Shown here piece after piece: positions 29,132-44,701 of a DNA stretch of 63,995 bases. Both the position numbers and the translations under genes were made by a program. Under the pieces are notes generated by a model, which did not search any database, was not told the origin of the DNA, and saw only the letters and a program-made list of their open reading frames with translations. Source of the stretch: Octopus vulgaris (taxonomy: Eukaryota); assembly GCA_951406725.2 (NCBI GenBank), contig OX597832.1:434001-497995 (forward strand), in the 5' to 3' direction. The stretch's first letter is position 1; the number at the start of each line of letters is the position of its first letter.

Positions 29132-30232
29132 ACTCTGCTTGTGAAGACCTGTTGAGGCAAGTAAAATCAAAATCAAATTCGATGACTGGCGTTTGTGCTA
29201 GCAGGGTGCAAAGAGCACCATACGAGTGTGATCATTGACAGAGCAGCTAACTGGCTTCAGTGCCAGTGGCACTTAAAGGCACCATTCGAGCATGATCGTT
29301 ACCAGCGTTGCCTTACTGACATTCAAGCCCCGTGCTAGTAGGGTATTAAGAGCACCATCCAAGTGTGATCATTGCTAGAGCGGCTATCTGGCCTCCGTGC
29401 CGGTGGCACGTAAAAGACACCATCGATTTCACTTGCCTCAACAGGTCTTCGCAAGCAGAATTTAGTGTCCAAAGAAGGAAAAGGTACGAATAAGTGGGCT
29501 GGTTACACTCCTGGCATAGGCCACAGGTTATGGTCTCATTTGGCTTGCCAAGTCTTCTCAAGAACAGCATATTTCCAAAGGTCTCAGTCACTAGTCATTT
29601 CCTTGGCGAGGCCTAAAGTTCGAAGGTCGTGCTTCACCACTTCATCCCAGGTCTTCCTGGGTCTACCTCTTCCACAGGTTCCCTCAACCGCTAGGGTGTG
29701 GCACTTTTTCACACAGCTATCTTCATCCATTCTCACCACATGACCATACCAGCACAGTCGTCTCTCTTGCACACTACATCTGATGCTTCTTAGGTCCAAC
29801 TTTCCTCTCGAGGTACTTACCCTCTGTCGAGTATGCACACTGACATTACACATCCATCGGAGCATGCTGGCTCCATTCCTTGCAAGCTTACGCATGTCCT
29901 CAGTAGTCACGGCCCATGTTTCACTGCCATGTAGCATGGCTGTTTGTACACATGTGTCATACAGTCTACCTTTTACTATGAGCGAGAGGCCCTTTGTCAC
30001 CAGCAGAGGTAAGAGCTCTCTGAAATTTGCCCAAGCTATTCTTATTCTAGCAGCTACACTTTTAGCGCACCTCCCCCGCTACTGACTTGGTCACCTAGGT
30101 AACAGAAGCTATCAACAATTTCTAGTTTTTCTCTGTGGAATGTGGCGGAAGTTGTTCTCTGTGCATTTTCAGTGTTTATTGCTCCCGAGCATCTGTCACA
30201 TACAAAAACTTCCCAGTTAGCCTTCCTTTGAA
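29132..30232 (-). mobile_element. RTE fragment (29425-30232, minus) with its 3' UTR inverted (29132-29423, plus)
   Basis: MLHGSETWAVT, GRGRPRKTWDEVV on minus; cttgtgaagacctgttgaggcaagt present in both orientations. Confidence 0.88.
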
Positions 30233-30351
30233 GGTTTACAAACATACTTTCTCAGTGAAACTCAATATACCTACCATTATAGATAATACCAAATGTTCCT
30301 TTTTGGACTTTTCATAATGTGATACAGGTCTTTGGTATAGCAATTGCATGC

Positions 30352-30439
30352 GGCTGAAGAGAGCTTTAAACCATCTGTTATATTGATTATACATTGATGT
30401 AAGAATAAGTTGTTTTATAAAGCTTGAAACACGTGTACC
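30352..30439 (+). ncRNA. Minimal type I hammerhead ribozyme
   Basis: gg-CTGAAGA-gagcttta...taaagctt-GAAA-cacgtg-TA-cc; palindromic stem III. Confidence 0.8.
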
Positions 30440-30476
30440 ACGACATCCTTTGTGTTCTGTTTGTTATTTCATTTGA

Positions 30477-30508
<32 letters not shown>

Positions 30509-30734
30509 TGTGTATATATATATATTTATATGTATGAATATACATATATATATATATATTTATATGTATATATATACATATATATATTATATATATATAT
30601 ATATATATAAATAAAATTTAGTGAAGGCATTTGAAAGATACACATAAATATAATTTGTTGAACTCTATGCATGCGGGACTCCGGTCAAGCATTTTTGTAT
30701 CTAGTTCTGGAAATTATGTTTGTAAACGACAGAT

Positions 30735-30807
30735 TATGCTGATGATGTTGCAGATTTTCGCGTATGCATATACGTGAATATTAACAAATGAAACTGATCG
30801 GTACATA
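30735..30807 (+). ncRNA. Minimal type I hammerhead ribozyme
   Basis: tatg-CTGATGA-tgttg..ttcgcgtat-gcat-atacgtgaa..taacaaat-GAAA-ctgatcgg-TA-cata. Confidence 0.7.
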
Positions 30808-31191
30808 GGTAATCGTTTTTGATTTCGTATATTTTCATTTGTCTTGCTTTTTTTACACTTTGGTTTTGTACTCAGTTTTTTCTAGAGAACACATTCTTCG
30901 TGGAAAATAGCGATTTTGACGTCTATATGTAGCATGTTGACCATCCACTTTCAGTGGTCAGTCCCTTAAATTTTGTATGTAAAAAAAAATTTTAATCTTC
31001 GGATTTTTTTTAATATGCTAGGCCACTGGTTTTAATTGATTACTATCAATTTCTACCCTTATTCAATTATATATATATATATATATATATATAAGTACAG
31101 TTAATTGAAACATGAAAACACAAAGAGAAAATACAACAACGTGAGGACGTGGAACAAGTATAGTGTTATTGGACGCTCAGGAAAGAAGGAG

Positions 31192-31229
31192 GGTTTAACG
31201 TTTCGAGCAGAGCTCTTCGTCAGGAACAT
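31192..31229 (-). ncRNA. Very short hammerhead-like motif in a PLE-like end
   Basis: Minus: gttc-CTGACGA-a-gagc-tct-gctc-GAAA-cg-TT-aaac; first stem I pair is mismatched. Confidence 0.5.
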
Positions 31230-31313
31230 AGGAAAAGGAAAGATCCAAAGAAGGGAAGACGGAGGAAAAAAATAAATCGCCAATGGTACACACGCGGTCA
31301 CATGTATATATTC

Positions 31314-31356
<43 letters not shown>

Positions 31357-31502
31357 TATATGTATATATATATGTTCTATATGTATATGTGTATATATAT
31401 ATATTCTATGTATATATATATTATATTGTGTGAAATTTGATTTAGTATTTCTAAATTAAATTTTTTTCACTGTAAGTTTGGATTTGTATCCCCTCAAATA
31501 AT

Positions 31503-31550
<48 letters not shown>

Positions 31551-31559
31551 TATGTATGG

Positions 31560-31893
31560 GGCATCATATTAAAGGATTTTAGTTGAACAAATTGACCTAA
31601 GGACTTATATTTTATGCTTAGTACTTATTCTTTTGGTTGCTTTTGCCAAACCACTAAGTTACAGGGATGCAAACATACGAACACCTGTGATGGTAGGGGA
31701 TAGACACAGACACAAGGACACATGCACACACACTATGGGCTTCTTTCAGTTTCTGTCTACCTAATCCACTCACAAGGCTTTGGTCAGTTCAAGGATATAG
31801 TAGAAAATGCTTGGACATTGTGTCACACAGTGGAACTGTACCCGGAGCTCTGTGGTTAGGAAGCAAGCTTCTTACCACATACCAATGCCTGCA

Positions 31894-31895
<2 letters not shown>
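31560..31895 (-). mobile_element. SINE family A, diverged
   Basis: gggcttctttcagtttctgtctacc.aatccactcacaaggcttt core. Confidence 0.8.
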
Positions 31896-31935
<40 letters not shown>

Positions 31936-32402
31936 GAGTGAAAAGCTTCATTGGAAAAATTCTCTCCCACCAGCACATGAGTTGTAGTGAGAAATATTAG
32001 AAGGAAATTGCACAGAATGTATTTTTTTATGAGATAAAATATATAGACACACGTGTGTGTGTGAGTGTATGTTTGTGAGAGCATGTATAAATTTGTGTGT
32101 ATGCACTGGATGTGTCAAGTCAGTTTAGCATTTTCATTTTATCATTTAAATGCTAAAGAGACTTTTTTAATCACCCTGAGTACACACACACACGCATACA
32201 CACACACGTGTATATATACATATATGTGTATATGTAAGTATGCTCGTTTTAGTGTGTATGTATGTATGTATATATATATATATTTATATATATATTTATA
32301 TGAATTTGCGAATGCACGAAAGCTGTAAAGATAGCTTAGAAAATTGAGTAAATATCGTTTAGAAAATGGGAAAATGTGGCCAGCAAGCCTCCGTGTATAT
32401 AC

Positions 32403-32486
<84 letters not shown>

Positions 32487-32729
32487 GTATGTATAATATA
32501 CTGGTAAAAAGAGAAAGATATCTGTCTGTGGTTCATCCACTAATCTTATGACACCTGCAGAAATGAATCAATGATTATGATCAACCAGATGCCTATGGAT
32601 ACTATAGACTACACTAATCGTCCCAAGAATACAGACTGTGATCTTAAAAGTCATGTGACTTGTGGAAAGATGTGTAGCGATGTATTAAATGTTTATAAAT
32701 TCCATCCTAGGATTATTGTTATTACTATA

Positions 32730-32766
<37 letters not shown>

Positions 32767-32803
32767 GTCTATGAATCCTGCCAAACGCGAGTTTTCTTTT
32801 CAG

Positions 32804-35800
32804 ATTCATGATGCTACTAGGGCCAATACCTCCCACACCCTCAGGGTTGGCACCCTTAACGTTGGCACACTGAAAGGCAGGTCTGGCGAGATCGTTGAAT
32901 TGCTTGAACGGAGGTGTGTTGATATATGCTGCATTCAAGAAGTGAGGTGGAGAGGAGATTCTGCTAGGTTCCTCACAGGCAAAGGACAGAGGTACAAGAT
33001 TTTCTGGGCTGGGAATACTGACGGGGTCGGGGGTGTGGGTATACTTATCGCCGAAAAATGGGTAGATAAGGTAATCGAGGTAGTCAGAGTATGTGACAGA
33101 ATACTTAAGATTAGATTAGTGCTCCATCATAGTTTAGAAACTATTATATTGGCCTATGCCCCTCAGCCAGGGCTACATGATGGACACAAAGACCGTTTCT
33201 ATGACACCCTACTGCAGACCACCTCATTGACGAACGACAGGGACCTTCTCTTTGTGGCTGGTGACTTCAATGGGCATGTTGGACGACATGCTGGAGGCTT
33301 CCATGGCGTACATGGAGGCTGCGGTTATGGTTCCCACAACGAGGAGGGAACCAGGCTGCTGGAGTTCTGTGATGCGAATAGTCTTATGGTTTGCAACACT
33401 AACTTCAGGAAACCTACAAGCCACCTGGTCACCTACCGATCGGGCCGGCATACTAGCCAAATCGACTACATCCTTGCCAGAAAAAGGGAAAGATGGCTGC
33501 TTATAAATGCCAAAACCTTCCCAGGCGAAGAATGTACCCCACAACATAGACTGGTAGTTAGTGACTTTAGGATCAGGACTAAGAGGTCGACTAGAAGACG
33601 ACCAACATGGAGAAGAAGGGTCTGGAAGCTTAAAGACCCTGCGAATGGACAGAGATTTAGAGATATGTTACTTGAAGCCTTTGACGAAATAGAAGTGGGT
33701 ATAGCTACACATGGGGTAGAAGACAACTGGATGCTTCTAAGGGACAACCTGCTGAAAGCCACTGACCAGATCTGTGGCTGGTGCAAAGTCCCCTCAAGAC
33801 CCAAAATAACGTGGTGGTGGAACAATATTGTTGACAGGGCTATTAGACAAAAGAAACAGACTTGGAAGGACTAGAAGAACGGTGGTAGCAGGGAAGTGTA
33901 TCAGACTGCTAGAAGGGAAGCTAGGAGGCAGGTGTATTTAGCCAGAGGGGAAGCAGATCAGAAAAAATTTGCCAATGTTCTGCGCTGTGAGGATGAAAGA
34001 CTTGAGGTATTTCGTGTTACAAGACAGTGTGTGAGAGAGAATCATGACGTGGTAGGAGAGAAATGTGTTCACAAGGATGACGGTTCACTTGCGCTAAATG
34101 AGGATGCAAAGAGAGAGGTTTGGAGACGCCACTATGAAAGGGTGCTGAATGAGGAAAATGAATGGGATAAAGAGAGTCTGCCGAATGTCGACCCAACAGA
34201 GGGACCAGCAATCCGAGTTGACAGTTCCTTAGTAGTTAAGGCAATTACAAGCATGAAAACAGGGAAAGCCCCAGGCCCATCAGGAATCACTGCAGAGATG
34301 CTCAAAATAACTGGTAGTGTCGGCTATAGCCTAGTCACCCGTATAGTTAACCAGGTGATACACAAAGGAGTCATACCCAATGACTGGTGTAGCAGCATAA
34401 TAGTCAACTGCTACAAAGGTAAAGGTGACGCCCTAGATACAAATAACTACAGAGGTATCAAGCTGTTGGATCAGGTGATGAAGGTTACGGAGAGGGTCAT
34501 AGCCCAACTAATTAGAGAGAGAGTTAGTTTAGATGAGATGCAGTTTGGGTTCGTGCCAGGGAAAAGTACTACTGATGCTATATTCCTGGTAAGGCAACTG
34601 CAGGAGAAATACCTAGCCAAAGATAAGCCCCTGTACCTGGCTTTTGTTGACATGGAGAAAGCCTTCGACAGGGTCCCCCGATCCCTTATCTGGTGGTCAA
34701 TGAGGAAACTAGGGATAGATGAATGGTTAGTGAGAGCTGTGCGGGCAATGTATAGGGACGCTGCTAGTAAGGTGAGGGTTGGCAACGAGTACATTGAAGA
34801 ATTCCGTGTAGAGGTAGGAGTCCACCAAGGCTCAGTCCTCAGCCCCCTCCTATTTATCATAGTCCTCCAGGCAATAACGGAGGAATTCAAGACAGGATGC
34901 CCCTGGGAGCTCCTCTATGCTGATGACCTTGCTCTAATTGCTGAGTTGCTATCAGAGAAGTTTCAGGTGTGGAAACAAGGATTAGAATCGAAGGGCCTCA
35001 GAGTCAATCTAGCTAAAACCAAAGTCGTAATCAGTAGGAAGGTAGACAAATCACAAACGCCTTCAGGTAGATGGCCCTGCTCAATCTGTAGAAAAGGTGT
35101 AGGTAGAAACTCTATAAGATGCACCAAGTGTAAGCTATGGACACATAAGAGGTGCAGCAATGTCAAAGGAAGGCTAACTAGGAAGATGGTTTTTGTATGT
35201 GGCAGATGCTCAGGAACAATAAACACTGAAAATGCTCTGAGACCAACTTCCGTCACTTTCCAGGGAGAAAAACTAGAAATAGTTGATAGTTTCCGTTACC
35301 TAGGTGACCAAGTCAGCAGCGGGGGCGGGTGTGCTGAAAGTGTAACTGCTAGAATAAGAATAGCTTGGGCAAAGTTCGGAGAGCTCTTACCTCTGCTAGT
35401 GACAAAAGGCCTCTCGCACAGAGTGAAAGGCAGACTGTATGATGCGTGTGTACGAACAGCCATGCTACATGGCAGTGAAACATGGGCCGTGACTGCTGAG
35501 GATATGCGTAAGCTCGCAAGAAATGAAGCCAGTATGCTCTGATGGATGTGTAATGTCAGTACTCATACTCGGCAGAGTGTAAGTACCTTGAGAGAAAAGC
35601 TGGACCTAAGAAGCATCAGTTGTGGTGTGCAAGAGAGACGTTTTCGCTGGTATGGTCATGTGGCGAGAATGGATGAAGATAGTTGTGTGAAAAAGTGCCA
35701 CACCCTAGCTGTTGATGGAACCTGCGGAAGAGGCAGACCCAGGAAAACCTGGGACGAGGTGGTGAAGCACGACCTTCGAACTTTAGGTCTCACTGAGGAA

Positions 35801-35863
35801 ATGACTAGAGACCGAGACCTCTGGAAGTGTGCTGTGCGTGAGAAGACCCAGCAGGACAAGTGA
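32804..35863 (+). pseudogene. RTE ORF (APE-RT with PHD-type finger) with two premature stops (33872 TAG, 35540 TGA)
   Basis: ORFs 32765, 33896 and 35546 are in the same frame; motifs IQEVRW, GDFNGHVG, QIDYIL, DMEKAFDRVP, HQGSVLSP, YADD, FRYLG. Confidence 0.93.
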
Positions 35864-35935
35864 GTCCATAACCCGTGGCCTTCTACATGGGATGGAGCCA
35901 GCCTACGTATGCATACCTTCCCTTCTTGGGACACA

Positions 35936-36113
35936 AAACTCTACTTGTGAAGACCTGTTGAGGCAAGTGAGGATCAGAATCGAAATCGATCAATGGAAAT
36001 TGCAGATGTGTTACCAGTGCCATGTCGAAACTCTACTTGTGAAGACCTGTTGAGGCAAGTGAGGATCAGAATCGAAATCGATCAATGGAAATTGCAGATG
36101 TGTTACCAGTGCC
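35936..36113 (+). repeat. Exact 86-bp tandem duplication in RTE 3' UTR (35936-36021 / 36028-36113)
   Basis: aaactctacttgtgaagacc...ttaccagtgcc twice with a 6-nt spacer. Confidence 0.95.
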
Positions 36114-36622
36114 GGTGGCATGTAAGAGAACCTTCCGTTTCGTGACCGTTGCCAGCACCGGCCCGACTGGCCTCGTGCCGGTGGCACATAAAAAGCACCA
36201 TCCGTTCGTGGACGTTTGCCAGCTCTGTCTGGCACCTGTGTGGGTGGCACGTAAAAAGTACCCACTACACTCACGGAGTGGTTGGCGTTAGGAAGGGCAT
36301 CCAGCCGTAGAAACACTGCCAGATTTGACTGGGCCTGATGAAGCCTTCTGGCTTCACAGACCTCAGTAGAACCGTCCAACCTATGCTAGCATGGAAAACG
36401 GACGCTAAACGATGATGATGATGATGATGATATATATAATTTATAATAAGGGCAAACGACTCTCTCACTCTGTGAGAACCTCAGTTCAAATCGCACGTGT
36501 CTCGAATGGGCTGGAGTATTTCTATTTTGGATGTATTTGGGGTACTTAATTGTGCTCATGACTTAGTGTTTGCTTCTTCCATGGGTATGAGTAAGTATCT
36601 CATTTATTTCTTTTGCCACATG

Positions 36623-36686
36623 TATCACTGACGAAGGTAGGGCTGTTATGAGCTAAACCTGAAACCAGTCCAATATGGTAATAATG
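36623..36686 (+). ncRNA. Hammerhead ribozyme candidate with weak stem I
   Basis: CTGACGA-aggt..acct-GAAA-cca-gtccaata-tgg-TA. Confidence 0.55.
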
Positions 36687-36904
36687 GAATTTTTTAGAAA
36701 TTTCTGTCGACCTTTTTTCAAGTAGCGTGCGTATTGTGAAAAAATTATATGGTTAATGGACAATATGTCCAATTTTTCAGCATATTTGGCATGAAAAATT
36801 ATTTCGTTTGCCCTTAAATTGTTTATAACTTTAACCTTTAAAGGTTTTTTTTAATATGCTGGCCATTCATAAAATGCTTTTCCAAAAAATTTTTATCCTA
36901 CATT

Positions 36905-39336
<2,432 letters not shown>

Positions 39337-39566
39337 TGTTTGTTTTTTTTTTTTTTGTTTTTCCAGTTTCAGCTCTTGAGCTGTGGCCATGCTGGGGCAC
39401 CGCCATTGTGGTGAAAGAGTACAGCAGGGATCACCACCCCCTGCCGGAGCCTCGTAGAGCTTTTAGGTGTTTTCGCTCAATAAACACACACAACGCCCGG
39501 TCTGAGAATCGAAACCGCGATCCTGCGACCGCGAGTCCGCTGCCCTAACCATTAGGCCATTGCGCC
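39337..39566 (-). mobile_element. tRNA-derived SINE with a 3' end taken from the CR1-group LINE
   Basis: A box tggcctaatgg, B-box-like ggtttcgattc; 39362-39407 matches LINE 648-693 at 43/46 nt; A-rich tail. Confidence 0.85.
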
Positions 39567-40384
<818 letters not shown>

Positions 40385-41924
40385 CCAACCGTAAAAACCC
40401 TGCCCCAAACAGATACAATAACCTAAGGTAGTCTTCTACTGGGCTGGTTCCCTTTATCTGTCCTATCCATGTATGCATGGAAGATGGACATTAAATGATA
40501 ATGATGATGATGTTAAAATGCATGTTTATTCATAATCATCATCGTTTAACGTCTGCTTTCCATGCTAGCATGAATTGGATGATTTTGGCTGAGGGCTGGC
40601 GAATCAGATGGCTGCACCAGGCCCCAATCTTGATCTGGCAGAGTTTCTATAGCTGGATGCCCTTTCTAATGCCAACCACTCCGAGAGTGTAGTGGGTGCT
40701 TTTTATGTACCACCGGCACAGGGGCCAGTTAGGCGATACTGGCAATGACCTCGCTCAAATCTTTTTACACATGCCACCGGCCCAGGTGCCAGTAAGGTGA
40801 CGTTGGTAATGATCGAATGGCGCCCTTTTACGTGCCATTGGCACGGAAGCTAGATGGCTGCTCTGGCAATGATCACGCTCGGATAGTGCTCTTGGCACCC
40901 TACTAGCACAGGCACAAGTGCCAGTAAGGCGATGCTGGTAATGATCACACTCGAATGGTGCCCTTTTATGTGCCACTGACATGGAAGCCGGTTAGCTGCT
41001 CTGTCAACGATCACACTCATACAGTGCTTTTGCACCCCGCTAGCACGGATGCCAGTCATCGAATTTGATTTTTATTTTGATTTCACTTGCCTCAACAGGT
41101 CATCGCAAGCAGAGTTTAGTGACCAAAGAAGGAAAAGATATGCATAAGTGAGCTGGTTACGTTCCTGGCATAGGCCATGAGGTTATGGTCTCAATATAAC
41201 TAATGTAATACAACAGTCAGGGTTTACTTCAGGTTAAAAAAATATACACTGTATATCATATGAGCCTGAAGTATGATGCCATATGGCATTGAAACACAGC
41301 TAATCATTTTGTGTCTGTAACAAATCTTGCATATTCTTTGTGTTATTTTTTCAATTATCCAAACAACAGAAATTCAATAATAGGTTAACCAGCAACTGAT
41401 TCATGGTCTGAACTTCCACAGTCACAGAAAGGTATTACACATTCAAATTACTTGCAGCATTCAGTTAAGTGTTATGTAAATGATTTACAATGTAAAACTG
41501 AGAAGCAAACTGAATGAGCTGAGAGAATAGCAGTGAGAGAGACAGATAGAAACAGAGATAGAGATAGACAGAAAAACCTGGATTTCAATATGACAGTTGA
41601 ATAGAAGGAAGAACTTGCTAATGTTTGGCAGTAAATGAAGTTGGTTTAGAACAAAATAATTTGGAATTAAAGTTTTAGGAGGAATGACAAAACCAGAAAT
41701 CCTTAATCATCGTTTAATGTCCACTTTCCATACTGTCAACCAGAAGGCTGTACCATGCTCCAATCTGATCTGGCAAGGTTTCTACAGCTAGACGCCCTTC
41801 CTATTGCCAACCACTCAGAGAGTGTAGTACTTAAACTTCATTAACAGAGTAAGTAATTAAAGCAAACGGAAGTAGAATGTTGTAAAATATTCTAGTAGCT
41901 TAGGAAATCACTAATACAACTTAC

Positions 41925-42023
41925 TTTGATTTCAGGACACCAATTGAATAGTTCTGGAGAGGCAGCTCTGTCTGTCTGTTCACCTTTTGCCTGATCTTTC
42001 ATACCTGATGTCAGTACTTGAAA
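41925..42023 (-). CDS. Candidate 99-nt phase 0-0 exon, possibly an upstream exon of the CREB3-like gene
   Basis: ttttttaaattccag|FQVLTSGMKDQAKGEQTDRAASPELFNWCPEIK|gtaagt; phase compatible with the acceptor at 8612; no homology recognised. Confidence 0.4.
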
Positions 42024-43494
42024 CTGGAATTTAAAAAAGATGTTAGATTGATAATAGTCATCATCATGATGTAAATTGTGTCTGTTTCTGTTTAAATACA
42101 TTTATCTAAGTATAATAGCGAACATGTCATAAAAGTTAAAATCCTGTCATGTATAGTTTGTGGTGTGTGTTCAGAACACATTAATCTGTTTGCCACAGTT
42201 GACAGTCTGGTTTCATATAGTTGAAGAGATCTCATGTAACATGAGTCTTTCCAACTTACAACATCAATAAACCTCAGGAAATTGTAAAAGTTCAGCCTGT
42301 GAAAATTTTGAAAGTTCTATTGCCACTATTAGAATACAGGTCTGATAATATAACTTGTAATTAAAAAGTTGATGTGTAAATATTTGAATTAGTACAACAA
42401 TTTAGCCTAGCAAAGATATAAAAGACACCAAAATCAGAAGCGAGCTTAAGATTTTTGGAGTGGGTAAACATGAAAATATCAAAGTTTGTTCTATGAACAG
42501 ACTTTGCTCTTGCCCTAACACAATAAACATTACAGAACAACAAGATAGACTTTAACTAAACAATTTAGGCTCAATTATGAAAAGAAAACTGATGCATGTG
42601 TAGAAGTGACGTTTTTGTTAAATGTACGCTCACACATTCAAAGAGTGTACACAATCTTTCTGATAAACTAACCTATTTTCTGTCATAATTTTAACAATGA
42701 AAATGATAAAATATCAATATAATGATTATCTACGATAATATGACCCACTCCTCTAAATTAGAATGATAAAAATTATAGTAAAATTTCTATTGTTGATGAT
42801 GCTGTTGAAAAGTAGGGAGTCAATGGACAAACAGTCACATGTCATAAGTGATCAATTTCAAAGAGTGAGAGAGGAAGGGAGAGTGGAATAAATTGTGAAA
42901 GAATCAATTCCATAGTGTAATTTCACAAATGATCTTAGGAAGTAGTTCTTACATAGGAACATAAGCCATTCAGTCATGTGAATGTAGGTTGGGTAGGTCT
43001 AATTTACAGACATTTTACTTATTTGTATTGCAGACTTCATTTGTATTGCATACCATTTTAGTTTCATTTGGTAAATCATTTGATACACATGAAAGGACAA
43101 TTGAAAATTTAGGCAACTCGAAACACAAAAATGTAATTGATTTCAACAGCTGATGACAAAAGAATGGCTAATCTGTATAAACTACATAGTATATGATGCA
43201 TAAGTCAGAAAGGAGACAAGGAAATGGTGATAAAAGGCCTTCAGTAATTTCAAGGTGTCTTCCGCCAGATAATAAAGAAATTGCATAACATCAGGGTTTC
43301 AATATCATTTATTTCTGTGTAGAGATGTGCAAATATAGATTCTAATGCAATAGGATAAAGATAACTAAATAAAAAAAACTTGTGGTGTAAGCTTGTTGAA
43401 TTTATAACAGCAGGAAAAGAATGAGTTATGATGATCTTGGTCATGGTGGTGGAAGCGATATGTAAATATGTTTATTTATTTATATATATATGTC

Positions 43495-44140
43495 ATTATC
43501 ATCATCGTTTAATGTCCACTTTCCATACTGTCATGGGTTGGACAGTTTAACTAAGGACTGACAACCAGAAGGCTGTACCATGCCCCTATCTGATCTAGCA
43601 AGGTTTCTACAACTAGATGCCCTAGATGCCCTTCCTAATGCCAACCACTCAGAGAGTGTAGTGGAGGCTCTTTACATGCTAATGACAGGAGGATGAGTCA
43701 GGTGGTACTGGCATCGACCATGTTGAATGGTGCTTTTTATGTGCCACCAGCATTAGAGCCAATCACATGACACTAGCAATGACCATGCTCAAATGGTGCT
43801 ACTGGCACAGGAACCAATCAGATGGCACTGGCAACAACCACCCTCGAATGCTGCTTTTTACGTGCCAACGGCATGGGAGCTAGTCAGGCGGCACTAGCAA
43901 TGACCACACTTGAATAGTGTTTTTTATGTGCCACTAGCATGGGAGCCAGTTAGGCAGTATGGCATCAGCCATGACAATGATTTCACTTCATTCAACAGGT
44001 CTTCTAAAGCCCAATGATTGAAGGGTGCTCTTAAATGGGCCGGTTATGCTGCACTGGCATAGGTCATGGTTACGGTCTTGCTTGGCTTGCCGGGTCTTCT
44101 TAAGCACAGCATTTCTCCAAAGGTCTCGGCTGCTCATCAT
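43495..44140 (-). mobile_element. RTE 3'-UTR fragment
   Basis: (CAT)n start on plus strand and RTE UTR subrepeats. Confidence 0.82.
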
Positions 44141-44304
44141 CTATATAAATATATATTATTTATTATGGCATGTGTGGTGTGATAGCTGAATTTGTTGTGG
44201 AATCATTTATAAGAGAGTTAAGTAAATTCACTGTTTGTGTATTACTGTTGTTATTAGACTGTGGTATTGGGTTAACAACAGTCCTATCATATCTAATGGT
44301 TTGC

Positions 44305-44615
44305 AAGTGGCACGTAAAAAGCACCATTTGAATGTGGCTGATGCCAGCGCCGCCTGACTGGCGTTCGTGTCGGTGACACATAAAAAGCACCAACCGAGCA
44401 TGGCCGTTTGCCAGCTTCATCTGGCCCCTGTGCTGGTGGCACACAAAAAGCACCCACTACACTCACGGAGTGGTTGGCGTTAGGAAGGGCATCCAGCCGT
44501 AGAAACACTGCCAGATCAGACTGGAGCCTAGCGCAGCCTTCTGGCTTCCCAGACACCGGTTGAACCGTCCAACCCATGCTAGCATGGAAAACAGACGTTA
44601 AACGATGATGATGAT
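44305..44615 (+). mobile_element. RTE 3'-UTR fragment
   Basis: tggttggcgttaggaagggcatccagccgtagaaac...(GAT)n. Confidence 0.88.
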
Positions 44616-44643
44616 ATATTATATATACCATATTATATTATAT

Positions 44644-44688
<45 letters not shown>

Positions 44689-44701
44689 CTTATATATATA
44701 T

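Larger units (their letters stand above)
32791..36430 (+). mobile_element. Near-full-length RTE LINE
   Basis: APE+RT in a single frame, 3' UTR and (GAT)n tail; TA tracts adjacent. Confidence 0.95.

Noticed and set aside
28573-29160. 195-aa hydrophobic ORF
   Set aside because: Product of low-complexity (GTG/ATG)n and TA repeats
39490-39566. Functional tRNA gene
   Set aside because: No complete cloverleaf, and it continues into a LINE-derived tail, so it is a SINE head
41265-41305. ctgaagtat-gatgcc-atat-ggcatt-gaaac hammerhead-like string
   Set aside because: Core box is non-canonical; stems I and III do not form
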